64,000 nt of DNA from Octopus vulgaris (GCA_951406725.2 OX597820.1:104780001-104844000); one strand, 5' to 3'. Positions 25,384 through 39,054 are shown, counted from the first letter of the stretch. Notes: generated by a model from the letters alone, not told the origin. Made by a program: numbers and translations.

Positions 25384-25927
25384 GTCCTAATGCAGTACCA
25401 GGCAGTGGTTCTCGTGGCTTCTGATCTTACCTGATTGGAAGTGTTATCATGTACATTGTTTTGTCCTGGTATAAAAGATGGGCTACAGCAAATATTCTGC
25501 TCAATACCGCAGATTTGCCTGTCAGTTGTTTGACCTTAACTAGTTGAGCATGTTCCTTGGTAGCTGACGATATGTGCATCTCTGATCACATGTAAAAGTA
25601 GTGGGAGAGCATCATAACCATGAATAGAGACAAATCCTTTGGGGTTTGAATAATTCATCTCTGGAAACATGGGTGTTTCGTTCAACATCCTTAAACAACC
25701 CTTATTCAGGGTCCTTTTGAGCGGGATGGATTACTCGACCAGAAGAAAATTCTAACTGGGCCCCAACTGCAAGTTCATGTGCTGTTTATCTTGATATGAG
25801 ATCACCATGACGCTCACATATGGTTGTGATGCATGTGCCTAGTGTACCCTTATCAGACGGGTAATCATGGTGGGTATTGTATATTTACCCCAGTGTCACT
25901 TTGATGGCATGCTCTGCTCTCTCACAC
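25381..25927. mobile_element. Interspersed repeat between (TAA)n runs, possibly the 5' part of a Dong-like element
   Basis: Complex sequence bounded by (AAT)n on both sides; identity inferred from context only. Confidence 0.35.
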
Positions 25928-26003
<76 letters not shown>

Positions 26004-26739
26004 TTAAAATTTATCAACAAAGTTAAAAAATAAAATTTGGAAAAGTATGAAAATAAGATTAAACTCAGGCAATTTTTAAGGTTAAAATATTTGCCCTATC
26101 GATAATAAGTCAAACAAATTGTGTTAGCTTTAAAGTATCTAGTCATTCTCAGTACATTCTGGCAGAATCGAAAGTGAAAATCTGGAAGCTGTTGTTTTAC
26201 GTCAACAGAGAATGCTTCGTTCTTTTATATGATGTCTGTCCATATCACTCGCATTCCACCGGTGTAAAGGGACTATGAGACACCTTGATACTTCGATCTT
26301 ATAGTTATACTTTCCTGTTCTTTTTTAATCATCTAATTTATAATAGTCATAATCCCATGATTTTTTTTTTGTGACAGACGCGAGAGGGGTAGGAGCGTTT
26401 CCATTATTTTTTAAATCCCAACACAGTGGTAACGAAAGAAGCTAAGTAACAAAAAATCTTTCTTTACCTCTTTTAGTTAAATTCCCAACTTTAATCACAG
26501 CTCCTTATTCAATCTGTTTGTTTTATTCTACCAGTGCACCTTTTTAAACCTTGTTTCTTTATAAATGATTACATTAAACGTCATTTCAGCATGTCTTGCT
26601 TGAGCAAAAATTCCTTTTCTATAACTGAATAACAATATATATATGCAAATATTTATTCAAAGATTACATATCTGTATGTGTGTGTGTGAGAGAGAGAGAG
26701 AGAGAAAGTGAGTGTGTGCACGTATGTGTATATCTATAT

Positions 26740-26801
<62 letters not shown>

Positions 26802-27000
26802 TAACAATTGAGGATAAAATCTTTAAAAGAAATGCATATTCTGCATTAAATGCGAAATCACATGTGATATGTAACTGAATTCTTTTTTAAAATGATGTGT
26901 TTTGAAGTTTTGCATTCAGTAAAATTTTGTTTATTTTTAGTAGTTTTGACCGCATTGGTCCCTCTTAGCGTGTTGGTATCTACGAATAGTAGTACCCTCA

Positions 27001-27043
<43 letters not shown>

Positions 27044-27145
27044 TTACACACACATATCTATATAAATATATTTGCTGCGGCATAAAAAACGACCATCGTA
27101 CACATTTGTAAGAAGAATAATTTCTATAACCCTGAAGTCAGTAAG

Positions 27146-27206
27146 ACTCGCTGAAGATAAACTAAGACCTTTTTTTCTGAAAGTTCGAAATCACGGTGAT
27201 ACGGGT
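27146..27206 (+). ncRNA. Minimal hammerhead
   Basis: actcg CTGAAGA t aaact...agttc GAAA tcacggtga TA cgggt. Confidence 0.7.
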
Positions 27207-27479
27207 ATGTCTGGCTTTTTTAATTTCCGATTATTTTCGTCATTGGTACGGAGTTTCAGAATTTTTATTCCTTTGCTCGCTTTCACCTTTGCGTTTAAGT
27301 GAAAATTTGTGGTTTGGTCATTTTGACTGCAATATCTAGCATGCCGGTACTGCTTGTTGGTACCCTTAATTATTACTTGTTAATCTTTTACCGTAATGGG
27401 TTTTTTAAGCCACTGATATTATATGTAATAATATTGTCATATATATATATGTGCAGAATAGTTTTATAACACATACATT

Positions 27480-27517
<38 letters not shown>

Positions 27518-27792
27518 AATGGATGTGTTATAAAACTATTCTGCACATACAATAACAGCCATACCAACAATTCAACATACCCCCATCATCAGCTGCCCCA
27601 CGGATTTTCACTATTGTTTCGACACCTGGGCAGTACCGTTCAATCCACCGGTGTCAACAGCACTAAAATAAGTGTTGTTCGGGAACAAACCTTAGATATC
27701 ACCACATTCATTCAGTCTTAATTCTAACGAGGATTAAACACTAACTTTATTAATTAAACTACAACAAAGAAACATATGTATATACATATTTG

Positions 27793-27838
<46 letters not shown>

Positions 27839-27885
27839 CATACATGTTTATATATATATATATCCACATAGTGACCATTCTCTTA

Positions 27886-27954
<69 letters not shown>

Positions 27955-27955
<1 letters not shown>

Positions 27956-28320
27956 CTTTACTCTTTTACTTGTTTCAGTCATTTGACTGTGGCCATGCTG
28001 GAGCACCGCCTTTAATCAAGCAACCCGAACCCGGGACTTATTCTTTTGTAAGCCCAATACTTATTCTATCGGTCTCTTTTGCCGAACCGCTAAGTAACGG
28101 GGACATAAACACACCAGCATCGGTTGTCAAGCAATGCTAGGAGGACAAACACACAAACATATATATATACATATATACGACGGGCTTCTACTAAATCCAC
28201 TCACAAGGCTTTGGTCGGCCCGAGGCTATAGTAGAAGACACTTGTCCAAGGTGCCATACAGTGGGACTGAACCCGGAACCATGTGGTTGGTAAACAAGCT
28301 ACTTACCACACAGCCACTCC
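27955..28320 (-). mobile_element. tRNA-derived SINE (OR-like), near full length
   Basis: Reverse complement of 31318-31690. Confidence 0.85.
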
Positions 28321-28336
28321 TGTATATATATATATA

Positions 28337-28520
28337 TACATTTTTGTTATTTTTATACAAGAATAGTGTTGACACAATGACATGCTGAAACTTCGAAGTC
28401 ACTATCTCAACACTATTCTTGTATAAACATAACAAATATGTACGCTACAAGGAGTAATGAATAATCCTTCACTTTGGTATTAACCTGCCGTTATAACTTT
28501 ACATAACAAGCATTAATGTG
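28337..28520. mobile_element. Small palindromic PLE-end insertion with a half hammerhead
   Basis: Arms 28337-28372 / 28407-28442; GAAA cttcgaag TC at 28387-28400. Confidence 0.6.
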
Positions 28521-28599
28521 CGTGCGTGCGTGCGTGTGTGTGTGTGTGTGTGTTATGTGGTAAGACTTCAACAAGTGAAATAACACTCGATCAGCTAAG

Positions 28600-28880
28600 A
28601 GAGTAAAGATGTTATAATGAAAACCGCAAGTCTTGTGAAATACAGCTATCAAAGGTTTCATAGCCGAAACACTAATTATTTCGGGGGTTTTTTTCATGCT
28701 GATAAAGACAAGACCGTATTGAAGTGACCATCGCAGATTCTTCTTAAGGTTGGCAAAGCTTAGCCAGTTCAATCGAGCGCTTTACAATACAGGTATCTTG
28801 CGTTACGATGAATCTTTTGCATATGGATTATTCTGCTAAAAACATTCCTACATCGCCTAGCGATGTTTACTTGAGGCTGT
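28600..28880. pseudogene. Hydra-like PLE ORF N-terminus fragments in opposite orientations
   Basis: + strand MDYSAKNIPTSPSDVYLRL; - strand KKNLRW...KTCGF. Confidence 0.5.
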
Positions 28881-29733
28881 TTTTTATATTATGTCCACGT
28901 ACAAGCCTTTCATATGTCTTAACATCTCTTATATATATTTTATTGCTTTATATATTTTTCTGTATATTATTTTTCACCCTTTATAATTGCGTAACTTACA
29001 CGCGTGTAGTATATACCTAATGTGTATGTGCGTGCATATATACATGTATACGAATGATTGTATATATACTAGTGCAAGACTCTACCTATTGTACTTGTCT
29101 CCTTCCTTCATACCTATATGTATATACGTTTATATATCTGCAGGTGTAGATGTGTTTGACAGACAGGAGGGTGTATTTGTGTATATACATATATAACTCA
29201 TTTGTATATTCAAGTTTTGCTGTGAATGTGAATGTTTTACTGTATATATTTTTTTGCGTATGTGTTTTTATTTACATATACGTCTATCCGCGTATGTATG
29301 TGCATGTGTGTATAGAATACGTTTTGTATATTCGCGTATGTATGTGTATGTGCGTATAGAGATGTGTATATGAACATAATGATGCGTGCGTTTTTGCGTA
29401 TGTGTTTTATTTGTATATACGTCTTTCTGCGTATGTATATGCATGTGCGTATAAACTACGTTTTGTATATCCTCGTATGTATGTATCTGTGCATGTAGAG
29501 ATGTGTATATGAGCGTAGTGATGTGTGCATGGGTATATATGCGTGTGTATGTGCGTGTATGCGTATACATATATGTATATATGTGTGTTTATATGTATAT
29601 GTACACGCGTTTTAGTATGTATATAAATATATATACATACATGTGTGTGTATATATGTGTGCATATACGGATTCTATGAATGAAGTGTTACTTTCCCTTT
29701 ATTCAACGGTTTTTTTTAATACCGTTTGTCTTA

Positions 29734-29792
29734 ATAACTTATGAGATGCCGGAGCAGACTTCAGCCCCGGCATCCGAAACTCTGAGTTTTAT
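29734..29792 (+). ncRNA. Decayed hammerhead (G5 mutated)
   Basis: ataa CTTATGA gatgccgg...ccggcatc c GAAA ctctgag TT ttat. Confidence 0.6.
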
Positions 29793-30021
29793 AATGATAA
29801 CCAACCAATTGTTATTTTTATAGATATACATACATACATGCATGCATGCATGCATACATACATACATACATACATACATACATACATACATACATACATA
29901 CATACATACATACATGCATACATATATACATTAATACACACATTCACACACAAATATGTATGTATGTGTATATATGACTCTGTGTGTGTGTACGTATATG
30001 TGTGTGTGTGTGTGTGTGTAC

Positions 30022-30052
<31 letters not shown>

Positions 30053-30463
30053 AGTAATATATAAAAATGTATGGATATATGTATATAGATATATAGATAT
30101 GCTAACTTATTTGCTTTGATGAAATGTGACGGTCTATATACATGTCTGATTGTGTTTGGTTTGTTTTTGTTAGATTCTGATGGCGTGTATATTTTGTTTT
30201 TATTTAACTGTATTATCATCAATCTATTCTATTTTATTTTATTTTATTTTATTTTGTTTTAGCCTTCGAGCTAAAGTATTTTTAAGGATTTAAGGATTCA
30301 TTATTCTTTTACCCTGTATACTTTATTTTCTTGCTTATATAAGAAGGATTCTTTCATTATATCTCAGTTCATTACGGAGATGGCAGTATGCTCAACTAAC
30401 CAAAATGTATTGTTTTAGAAATAAGCAAAATGACAAGTAAAAAATCTAGGTACCTTTCGAAAG

Positions 30464-30569
30464 GTCACCTGAGGAGATGCATCTGTGCCTATAATGCATA
30501 ACCATTTATTGTACAGCATTTCACCTGTAAGGTACAAGTGCATGATGAGTCGAAACGATCGTAATGGTT
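30464..30569 (+). ncRNA. Decayed hammerhead with long stem II insertion
   Basis: CTGAGGA gatgcatctgtgcct...aggtacaagtgcat..tc GAAA cgatcg TA, then aataaa and a microsatellite. Confidence 0.5.
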
Positions 30570-30872
30570 CTGAATAAAAGGTCACATGAATTCCCTTTTC
30601 TGTCTCTCATATCTTTTATATGTATGTATGTATATATAAGTTTGTATGTATGTGCATATACATATATATATATATATATGTATGTATGTATATATATGCA
30701 TATGCATATCTATGTGTATAAATAACTTATAAATAAGGGCAAAAGATAAAAATTCCTATACCAAATATGCCAAGAATAGACCTTAATTCATCAGTAACCA
30801 CATGTAATTAATTCATCACTATAAGCACGTCTCGAAGCGAGCTGACAGAAATTTCTTTAAAATTCTGTTGTC

Positions 30873-30929
30873 ACCGAATCGGTCCGATTTCTGAGTTAAT
30901 TCATAAAAAGTTTTCTCGTCATCAGCGAT
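30873..30929 (-). ncRNA. Hammerhead, stem II degenerate
   Basis: atcg CTGATGA ... GAAA tcggaccga TT cggt. Confidence 0.6.
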
Positions 30930-31317
30930 AAATACGTCAAAAAATAAATTAAATACTTATTTTCACCCATGGAACAAGCAGACGCAAAGTCATGAGTACA
31001 CTTAAATACCCTAAATATATCAAAATAGAAATTTAGCAGTACACGTCGAGAAACGTGCGATCAGACTGAAAATTATCATAGAGTAGGAGACAGTCCGGAA
31101 GTGAATGGTAATAAATTTACAATCTAACATAGGATAAAATTTTCGAAAATTTTATCAGTGGCCAGCATATTAAAAAATACCTTTTAAGGTGAAAATTATA
31201 AACAACTTATAAATAAGGGCAAAAGAAAAAATATGTCTATGCCAAATATGCCGAGAATTAGACTTTAAATTGCCAGTAACCACATATTATTAATTCATGT
31301 GTATATATATATGTGCG

Positions 31318-31690
31318 TGTGGTAAGTAGCTTGTTTACCAACCACATGGTTCTGGGTTCAGTCCCACTGCGTGGCACATTGGGCAAGTGTCTTCTACTAT
31401 AGCCTCGGGCCGACCAAAGCCTTATGAGTGGATTTGGTAGACGGAAACTGAAAGAAGCCCGTCGTATATATGTATATATATATGCGTGTGTGTGTTTGTG
31501 TATCTGTATGTGTCCCCCTAGCATTGCTTGACAACCGATGGTGGTGTGTTTATGTCCCCGTTACTTAGCGGTTCCGGAAAAGAGACCGATAAAATAAGTA
31601 CTGGGCTTACAAAAGGGGTCGAGTTGCTCGATTAAAGGCGGTGCTCCGGCATGGCCGCAGTCAAATGACTGAAACAAGTAAAAGAGTAAA
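31318..31690 (+). mobile_element. tRNA-derived SINE (Octopus OR-like), full length
   Basis: A/B-box-like head tgtggtaagtagc...ggttcagtccca, CORE-like ggcac.ttgggcaagt, internal microsatellite, conserved tail; further copies in window. Confidence 0.85.
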
Positions 31691-31729
31691 GAGAGAGAGT
31701 ATATATATGTGTGTGTATATATAAATGTT

Positions 31730-31794
<65 letters not shown>

Positions 31795-31984
31795 ATATGT
31801 ATATATATATATATTCCCAGTACGCACGCTACTCGAAAGAAGGCCGACAGAAATCTCTAAAAAATTCCATTATTACCATATCGGACCGATTTCAGGGTTA
31901 GTTCAAAAAAGAACCCTCCCATGACTTAGTGTTTGCTTCTTCTATGGGCATGAGTAAGTATCTCATTTACTTCTTTGCCACATG

Positions 31985-32045
31985 TATCACTGACGAAGAG
32001 AGGGTTCTTTTTTTTAACTAACCCTGAAATCGGTCAGATATGGTA
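31985..32045 (+). ncRNA. Hammerhead with insert after A9
   Basis: tatca CTGACGA agag agggtt...aaccct GAAA tcggtcaga TA tggta. Confidence 0.65.
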
Positions 32046-32340
32046 ATAATGGAATTTTTTAGAGATTTCTGTCGGCCTTTTTTCGAGTAGCGTGCGTACT
32101 GGGAAAAAATTATATGCTAAATGGATAATATGTCCAATTTTCAGCATATTTGGCATTAGGAATTTTTTCGCTTGCCCTTATTTATAAGTTGTTTATAATT
32201 TAACCTTTAAAGGTATTTTTTAATATGCTGGCCATTGATAACATTTTTTTTTCGAAAAAATTTTATCCTACATTAGATATATATATATATGTATATACAT
32301 ATATTTATATACATATATATATATATATATATATAATATA

Positions 32341-32387
<47 letters not shown>

Positions 32388-32627
32388 CAAATTTATAGAA
32401 AAACAAAGATGAAGTCAGGTGTAAGAACAACAAGCAAGTGTATTAATTAGACTTGTGAGAAGAGGACAGAGCAGTGTGGATCGTCAGATCGTAAAACACG
32501 TGGCAAATCATACCCGGGCTCAAACCACAGCGGATCGATAAATGCTACAGCAGAGAACTCTTCATGTGATGAAACTACAAGTCATGAAACTGGTGCATCG
32601 GATAATACTCAGAGGAAACCGAGGGTT

Positions 32628-34085
32628 TTGTGGCCTGCTGCTAATGAGAAAGTGAAATATAAAGAGTTTGAAAACAAGGTTTGTCGGGCTCTTTATAAAA
32701 TGACAGGCTCTACAGTGGAGAAACTGGGAAAATTATCAAGCTCAATATACGATATAGGAAAAGATTTATTTGGAATAAAAGAGAATATCCGACTAGTGAA
32801 AGGAAAGTGTGGACCAAGCAAGAGGATCAGAAAAATGCAGCAGTTGAGGAAGGAAAAGTCCGACTTAAGAAAGCGATGGAGATGTGCTGCACTAGTTGAG
32901 AAACCTGGCCTTGCGTTACTGTATAAAGATTTGAAGAGGAAATGTCGTTATGTGCAACGACATATCCGCCGATATGAGCGTCGAAAAGAAAGTAAAAGGA
33001 CTCGGGGGCAGTTTCTGAAGGACCCGTACGGGTTTACTAAGAAGCTGTTCACTGAACCGAAGAGTGGTACTTTATCGTGCACTAAAGAAGAATTGGATGC
33101 TCATATCAAGGAAACCTACAGCGATCCGCACCGTAACCAGGCGCTGCCACCTCTACATGGGTTAAATCATCTCTCAGGACCTGATATCGAATTCCAGATT
33201 GGGGACATCAGGGAGAGAGAGGTGAATGACTTCGTAAGAAAAGCTAGAGCAAAGAGTGCCCCAGGAGGTCATGGCGTCTCATATAAAGGCTACAAGTACT
33301 GCAATCGTCTGCGAAAGAAGCTCTTCGTCCTTATCCGACAACTGTGGCGCGAGGAGACTATAGTAGAGGATTGGTGTAAGGCAGAAGGTATATACCTGCC
33401 GAAAGAGGCCAATGCAAAGACCATAAAACAGTTTAGGCCGATATCCTTATTGAATGTGGAAGGCAAGATCTTTATGGAAATTCTGTCGAGGAGAACAGTG
33501 GCATATTTACAGAGTAACGGATATGTTGATGAATCTGTTCAAAAGGCCGGAATCCCCGGGATCCCTGGATGCGTTGAACACTGTTTTTCGATTTGGAAAG
33601 CTATCCAGGATGCCAAACAGAACAAGAAAAGTCTGAACGTGGTATGGCTCGACCGAGCTAACGCGTATGGTTCAGTGCCACACAAATTACTAATAACAGC
33701 CATGGACCACTTCCACATTCCTGACAAAGTGATCAAAATAATGAGGATGTACTATGACAGTTTCGAAATGAGGTTTACAACTGAAAATTTTACAACAAAT
33801 TGGTACCGATTGGAGGTTGGCATTGCTGCTGGCTGTACAATATCTGCCACGTGGTTTATCTTAGTCATGGAGTTGATTTTGAAAGGTGTAGTATTTTCGG
33901 AACAAATCGCCCATGTACAATCGCCTAAGAAAGCCTTCATGGATGACGTGACACTTCTAGCTACAGATAAACAAATCATGCAGAATGCCCTTTTGAGATT
34001 AGACGAACTTGTAAGGTGGTCAAGGATGCGATTTAGAGCAAAAAAGTCGCGTAGTCTGACATTTGTTAAGGGAGTGCAGAAATAA
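32628..34085 (+). pseudogene. Reverse transcriptase domain of the HERO-like element
   Basis: KSAPG; FRPISLLNVEGK; WLDRANAYGSVPH; GIAAGCTIS; AFMDD; premature stop at 34083-34085. Confidence 0.9.
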
Positions 34086-34145
34086 TTTTAATTTCGAATA
34101 TCTGAAGAAAGCATTCTAACAGTCAAGGAAGAGTCCGTCAAGAGC

Positions 34146-35525
34146 TTGGGACGAGTATACGCTGGAACATTGTCAGACAGAAGTCGTGGGATTGAAATTA
34201 TGAAACAGGCCGAGACTGGGTTATCAGCGATTGATGTTTCGAAGTTACCAGGTAAATATAAAATTTGGTGCTTGCAGTTCGGCTTGTACCCGCGACTTGC
34301 GTGGCCACTTTTAATATACGAAGTAGCATTGTCACGAGTTGAAAAGATTGAACAAAAATGTAATGTGTTCATTAGAAAGTGGCTAGGTCTACCTCGTATG
34401 TTGAACAGCTCAGCTCTTTATCGTAAAAGAGGTTCGTTACAGTTACCAATAGCATCAATAGTCGAAATATATAAGTTGGGGAAGATACGGACGGTCATGA
34501 TGTCTTCTCTTATACACAGAGATATGGTGGGAGCAACGCAGAACCATCGGAAAGGATTTGGTTTTGGCGCAGATCAGTTCAGACCGTTTGCAAGCATGAT
34601 GCCGTGTGAACGCAGATCTGTTGTTAGCAACAGCGTCAAAACAAGAGAAGCAGAGAGAAGAGAGCTTCATTTGATCCGATGTGTTCATCAAGGTCAGATG
34701 ACGAGATGGGAAGAACATGTTGTTGAGGGGAAGATAAGTTGGGATGAGATGTGGAAGTGGACGACATCTCGGCTGAGTTTCCTGATTCGTTCATCTTATG
34801 ATGTTTTGCCATCACCTACGAATCTAGTAAGATGGAACGTCTTAGAGAATGACATCTGCAAATGTGGAAAGGTCGGTACACTAAAACATATTCTTTCCAA
34901 CTGTTCATTAGCATTGAACAGGTACACATGGAGGCACAACTTGGTCCTTAAGGTTATCTTCAATGCTATAAAGAACCAAATTCATCTCAACAACACTGAG
35001 GAAAAATCGTTAAAAGTACCATCAAGAGAGTTCATTACCTTCGTGCGACCAGGTCAGCAGATCCATTTCAAGAAGAAGACCAAGAAACTTCCTGAGAAAA
35101 ATGAAAAGTGGAACGGCTATTGGGAGGTAACTGCAGATTTACCTGGGTGCCAGGTTTTCTTTCCCATCCCAGTTTCGAAAAAACCAGATATTTTGATGTG
35201 GTGTGAAAGAAAGAAAGTTGTAAATATAGTCGAGCTAACGGTTCCTCACGAAGATAATATGGACGCCGCTCGAGCTCGAAAATTAAACCGTTATGAAAAC
35301 CTCCTCGAGGAATGTGAAGACGCAGGCTGGAAAGCGGAACATTTTCCTATCGAAGTCAGATGTAGAGGGTTTGTAGGACACAGCGTGAGACGACTGTTGT
35401 TATCGTTAGGCCTAACTCATCGTAAAGTCAATACCACCATCACTGATATCCAATCTACAGTGGAGAAGGCTAGCCACTGGATTTGGTTAAAAAGAGACGA
35501 TGAGCGATGGCTAGAAGTATATTGA
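34146..35525 (+). pseudogene. Thumb, zinc knuckle and RLE endonuclease of the HERO-like element
   Basis: CKCG..GTLKHILSNC; RYTWRHN; KPDIL..IVELTVPHE; K..RY; PIEVRCRGF. Confidence 0.9.
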
Positions 35526-35743
35526 GTTCTTCATAACCAGCTGATCTAGCAAGCGGGGCCTCATATCAGTGAGGGGGGCCGGTGCGCATTGATGCCGTCG
35601 AGAGGTAGGCCCCGAAACGGCGCGCATTCTCTCCTGATGACCCCATACACTTGCTAGCTTCCGATATACGGAGCTTTTAACTGGTGGCACTTGCATGTGC
35701 AAGTTGTTTGCAAGACATGTGTGTGTGTGTATATATATATACA

Positions 35744-35807
<64 letters not shown>

Positions 35808-35833
35808 AATAGATATACATACATACATGTGTT

Positions 35834-35905
<72 letters not shown>

Positions 35906-36678
35906 TATATGTATACAAACAAAATACCGGGACAGGTATGTGTGTATGTGAGTGTGTGTTTTCGTGTGCTTATGTGTGTCTATATGTGTTGACCTTATCT
36001 TTCGAGCTTGTAACCAATGGTTATGTTTTATTTTTCTATATTTCTATGGTGAGGAGGCTGGGGAATAAAATTAGAAATTGATCCAATTATATTGGTGTTG
36101 GCTACGAAACTAACAAAGTCATTAAAGCAAAAATCTACCAATCTTCACATCAAACGAGTTGATACTCTTTAAATGGTTTCATTATTCCGTTTTTAATAAT
36201 TCTCTGGGTTGGCCACATCATTAGCATGCTAGGGGTGGTGGGGAGAAAATGGTACGTGATATTTCTTCCAGCTGGTTAAGCTCTAAGTTCAAGTCTTGTA
36301 TGGTCAGGTTTGCCTGTCATGCTTCGAGGTCGATGACATAAAGTATCAATCAAGTACTGGGGTCAAAACTATTAACTCACATATTTCCCCTCAAAATTGC
36401 TGGCTTTTTGTCCCCAAAACAAACTATTATTAAATGTGGTCAGCTGGCAGAATTGATGTCAGGAAAATGCTTTGTGGTTTTCATTCTGGCTCTTTACGTT
36501 CTAGGTTCAAATTCCCCCGTGGTCAATCCTGCCTTTCATACTTTCGGGACTGATAACATCAAGTTGCACTCACATAGTGGGGACGATGTAATCGACTTGC
36601 CCCTTCACCCTAAAACTGCTGAAATTATGCCAAAATTTTAAACCACCATTATTGTTATTGTTGTTGTTGTTGTTGTTG

Positions 36679-36731
<53 letters not shown>

Positions 36732-36799
36732 ATTATTATTATTATTATTATTATTGTTATTATTATTATTATTATTATTATTGTTATTATTATTATTAT

Positions 36800-37290
36800 T
36801 CAGTAGTCTTATTTTTATAGTGCTTTCATTGCACTACCGAGCGCAGCTCTGTGCATTAGATGTGTGCTGTGGTTTGTTGTGGTGCTCTCATTTTCACTGC
36901 ATTGAAAGTGTTTTATGTAGGATGTGTGCGGTACCTAGTAGTGCTATTTTCTCTATGTTATATATACTTGTAAGTCCTGGTGTTTTTGTTATGCATTTGT
37001 ATGAACGTTTTTTTTTTACCATTCCTAATTCGCCTACTAAAATAGGAATTGTTTCTGTTTTTAAGCTCCACAATTGAGTTACCTCAGTTTCCTTTTAGAG
37101 AAACGTTGTCATCTGTTGGTATTTATACATCGATTAGGAAGCATTTTTCTAGGTGATTTTTGACAACTATATCCTGCCTATTAGCCTTGATTTCTCAATG
37201 TATATTGGTATATCCCAGAGTATAGTTTTCTCGTTTTCTGTGACCTTTTCTGGGATGTGCCTATACCTTTTTTCTGTTGTTATCCCATAG
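36800..37290 (-). mobile_element. R4/Dong-like 3' fragment
   Basis: Reverse complement of the 24460-24985 family; 3' end in (TTA)n. Confidence 0.8.
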
Positions 37291-37291
37291 T

Positions 37292-37635
37292 GTAGTCATA
37301 GCTTTGTCGTGTCTGCATTATAAAATCAAACCTGCTGACAAATGGTACAAGCACCACCCTGAGGCTGTAACTGAGGGAGAAAATGTAACTATTCTTTGGG
37401 ACTTCTCATTATGTACAGACCGGACCATCAAAGGAAATAAACCAGATATTGTTGGGAAAGACCAAATCAATAAAGTCTGTTTATAGATTTACATGAGCAT
37501 ACCCTGTGACCATAATATCTCGGCAAAAGAATTTGATATGCTCAGAAAATATAAAGATTTGCTAATCGAAAGGATGTGGCGTCTCAAGATAGTTACAATA
37601 CCAGTGATTGTAGGAGCACTTGGAATTATCAAAAA
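37292..37635 (+). mobile_element. R4/Dong-like RLE fragment, different subfamily
   Basis: KWYKHHPE..TILWDF..NKPDIV..KYKDL..VIVGALG; ends in (TTA)n. Confidence 0.8.
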
Positions 37636-37672
<37 letters not shown>

Positions 37673-37890
37673 TTCATTATCATCTTTCAATTTTGTTTCC
37701 ATTTCTTGGCGAGTGTCTTCCTGACATCTAGGGCAGAGAAACGTACTGTATACATTGGTAGGCCATGAAAATAAACGCACCAGATTGTTTATTTACAAAG
37801 TCATGTGATAGAGAAAAGGTGGAAGAAAGACAGAAAAAAAGGAAAAAAGTAAACAAAGAAAATAAAGGGGAGAAAGGGAAATTATTATCG

Positions 37891-37951
<61 letters not shown>

Positions 37952-38069
37952 CATTATTATTATCATTATTCCTTTTGAGGTCGATAAAATAAGTACCAGT
38001 TGAGCACTGGCGTCGATGTGATTGACTAGACCCCTCCCCAAGAAGAAAGAATTATCATTATTATTTCCA

Positions 38070-39045
38070 TTTTATTTCTCACACCTCTCGATTTTACTTG
38101 CTCCGGTTAATTCTGCAAGAGCAGAAAGCAACCTGTTGCCAGAGGTCTCACAAGGCCTCTTCCCACGATACTTAACACCCTAGTACCATGCTCAAAATCC
38201 TAGCTCCCCCCCTCCCGGAAGAGTAGTTTTCTAAGCATGTTCTGCCCTCATGTCAATTCCAATTTCTCCAAAATATTGCCCAGACTTGGCTGTTAGCGCC
38301 CCCAGTGTCTCTACAACTATTGGGATAACAGTTACTCTTTTCGTTGCCCATATTCGTGCAATTTCCTCTTTTACTAGCTTGTACTTTTTAATTTTTTCCA
38401 GCTCTTTGTCACCCACTCGTGCATCCCTAAGCATAGCAATATCTATGATCTTAGTTTCCTTCATCCTTTCATCTGCTACAATGACGTCTGGTCTCCCAGC
38501 ATCAATTACTTAGTCATACGGATTGTAAAATCCCAGATCTTAAACTCATTATTCTCAGTGATGCCTTCTGGTTTAAGTACGTACTACTTCTGTGTTCTTT
38601 CAAGACCATACTTCTCACACAATCTCCAGTGAACAAATTTAGCTAAGTTATCATGTCTCATTTTGTATCCGTTTTGGACCACTCACAATATGTGATAGTT
38701 TCATTGATCTTATCCATTTGGAACTTGGCATATCAATGCCTCAGTGCATCCTTTCAGATCTCACTTTACTTTAGCCACCTCCAGTTGTTGGTTCTGTCTT
38801 TCCCCTCCAATTCACTGAGGTATTGCCCATGTACCGTTTTCATATTCCAGTTGTTTAGTCTTGTTTCCTAACTGATTTGAGGAGAGTCACATTTTCACTA
38901 GGTATCGTGAACAGCAACAAAGTTTCAATCTGCTCTTTGACTTACCATCCCAGGCAGTTATCCTCATTGACAACACAGATCTTGCATAACTATGAGACCT
39001 CTTCCTCCTTATATCTAGGCACATACACTTCATCAATATCACTTT
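38070..39045 (-). mobile_element. R4/Dong-like fragment, third subfamily
   Basis: RPDVIVAD..TKIIDIA..KYKL..VIPIVVETLG; bounded by (TTA)n. Confidence 0.75.
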
Positions 39046-39054
39046 TATTATTAC

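Larger units (their letters stand above)
30715..32278. mobile_element. Cluster of direct and inverted ends of one PLE-related family, interrupted by a SINE
   Basis: aacttataaataagggcaa at ~30724 and ~31204 and inverted at ~32173; inverted arms 31815-31920 / 31995-32105. Confidence 0.7.
32452..35716 (+). mobile_element. HERO-like (R2 group) non-LTR retrotransposon, 5'-truncated
   Basis: RT, CCHC and PD-(D/E)XK endonuclease in two ORF pieces; structured 3' UTR; microsatellite at the 3' flank. Confidence 0.85.

Noticed and set aside
31318-31375. tRNA-like A/B boxes as tRNA genes
   Set aside because: These are SINE heads with no cloverleaf, followed by the SINE body.
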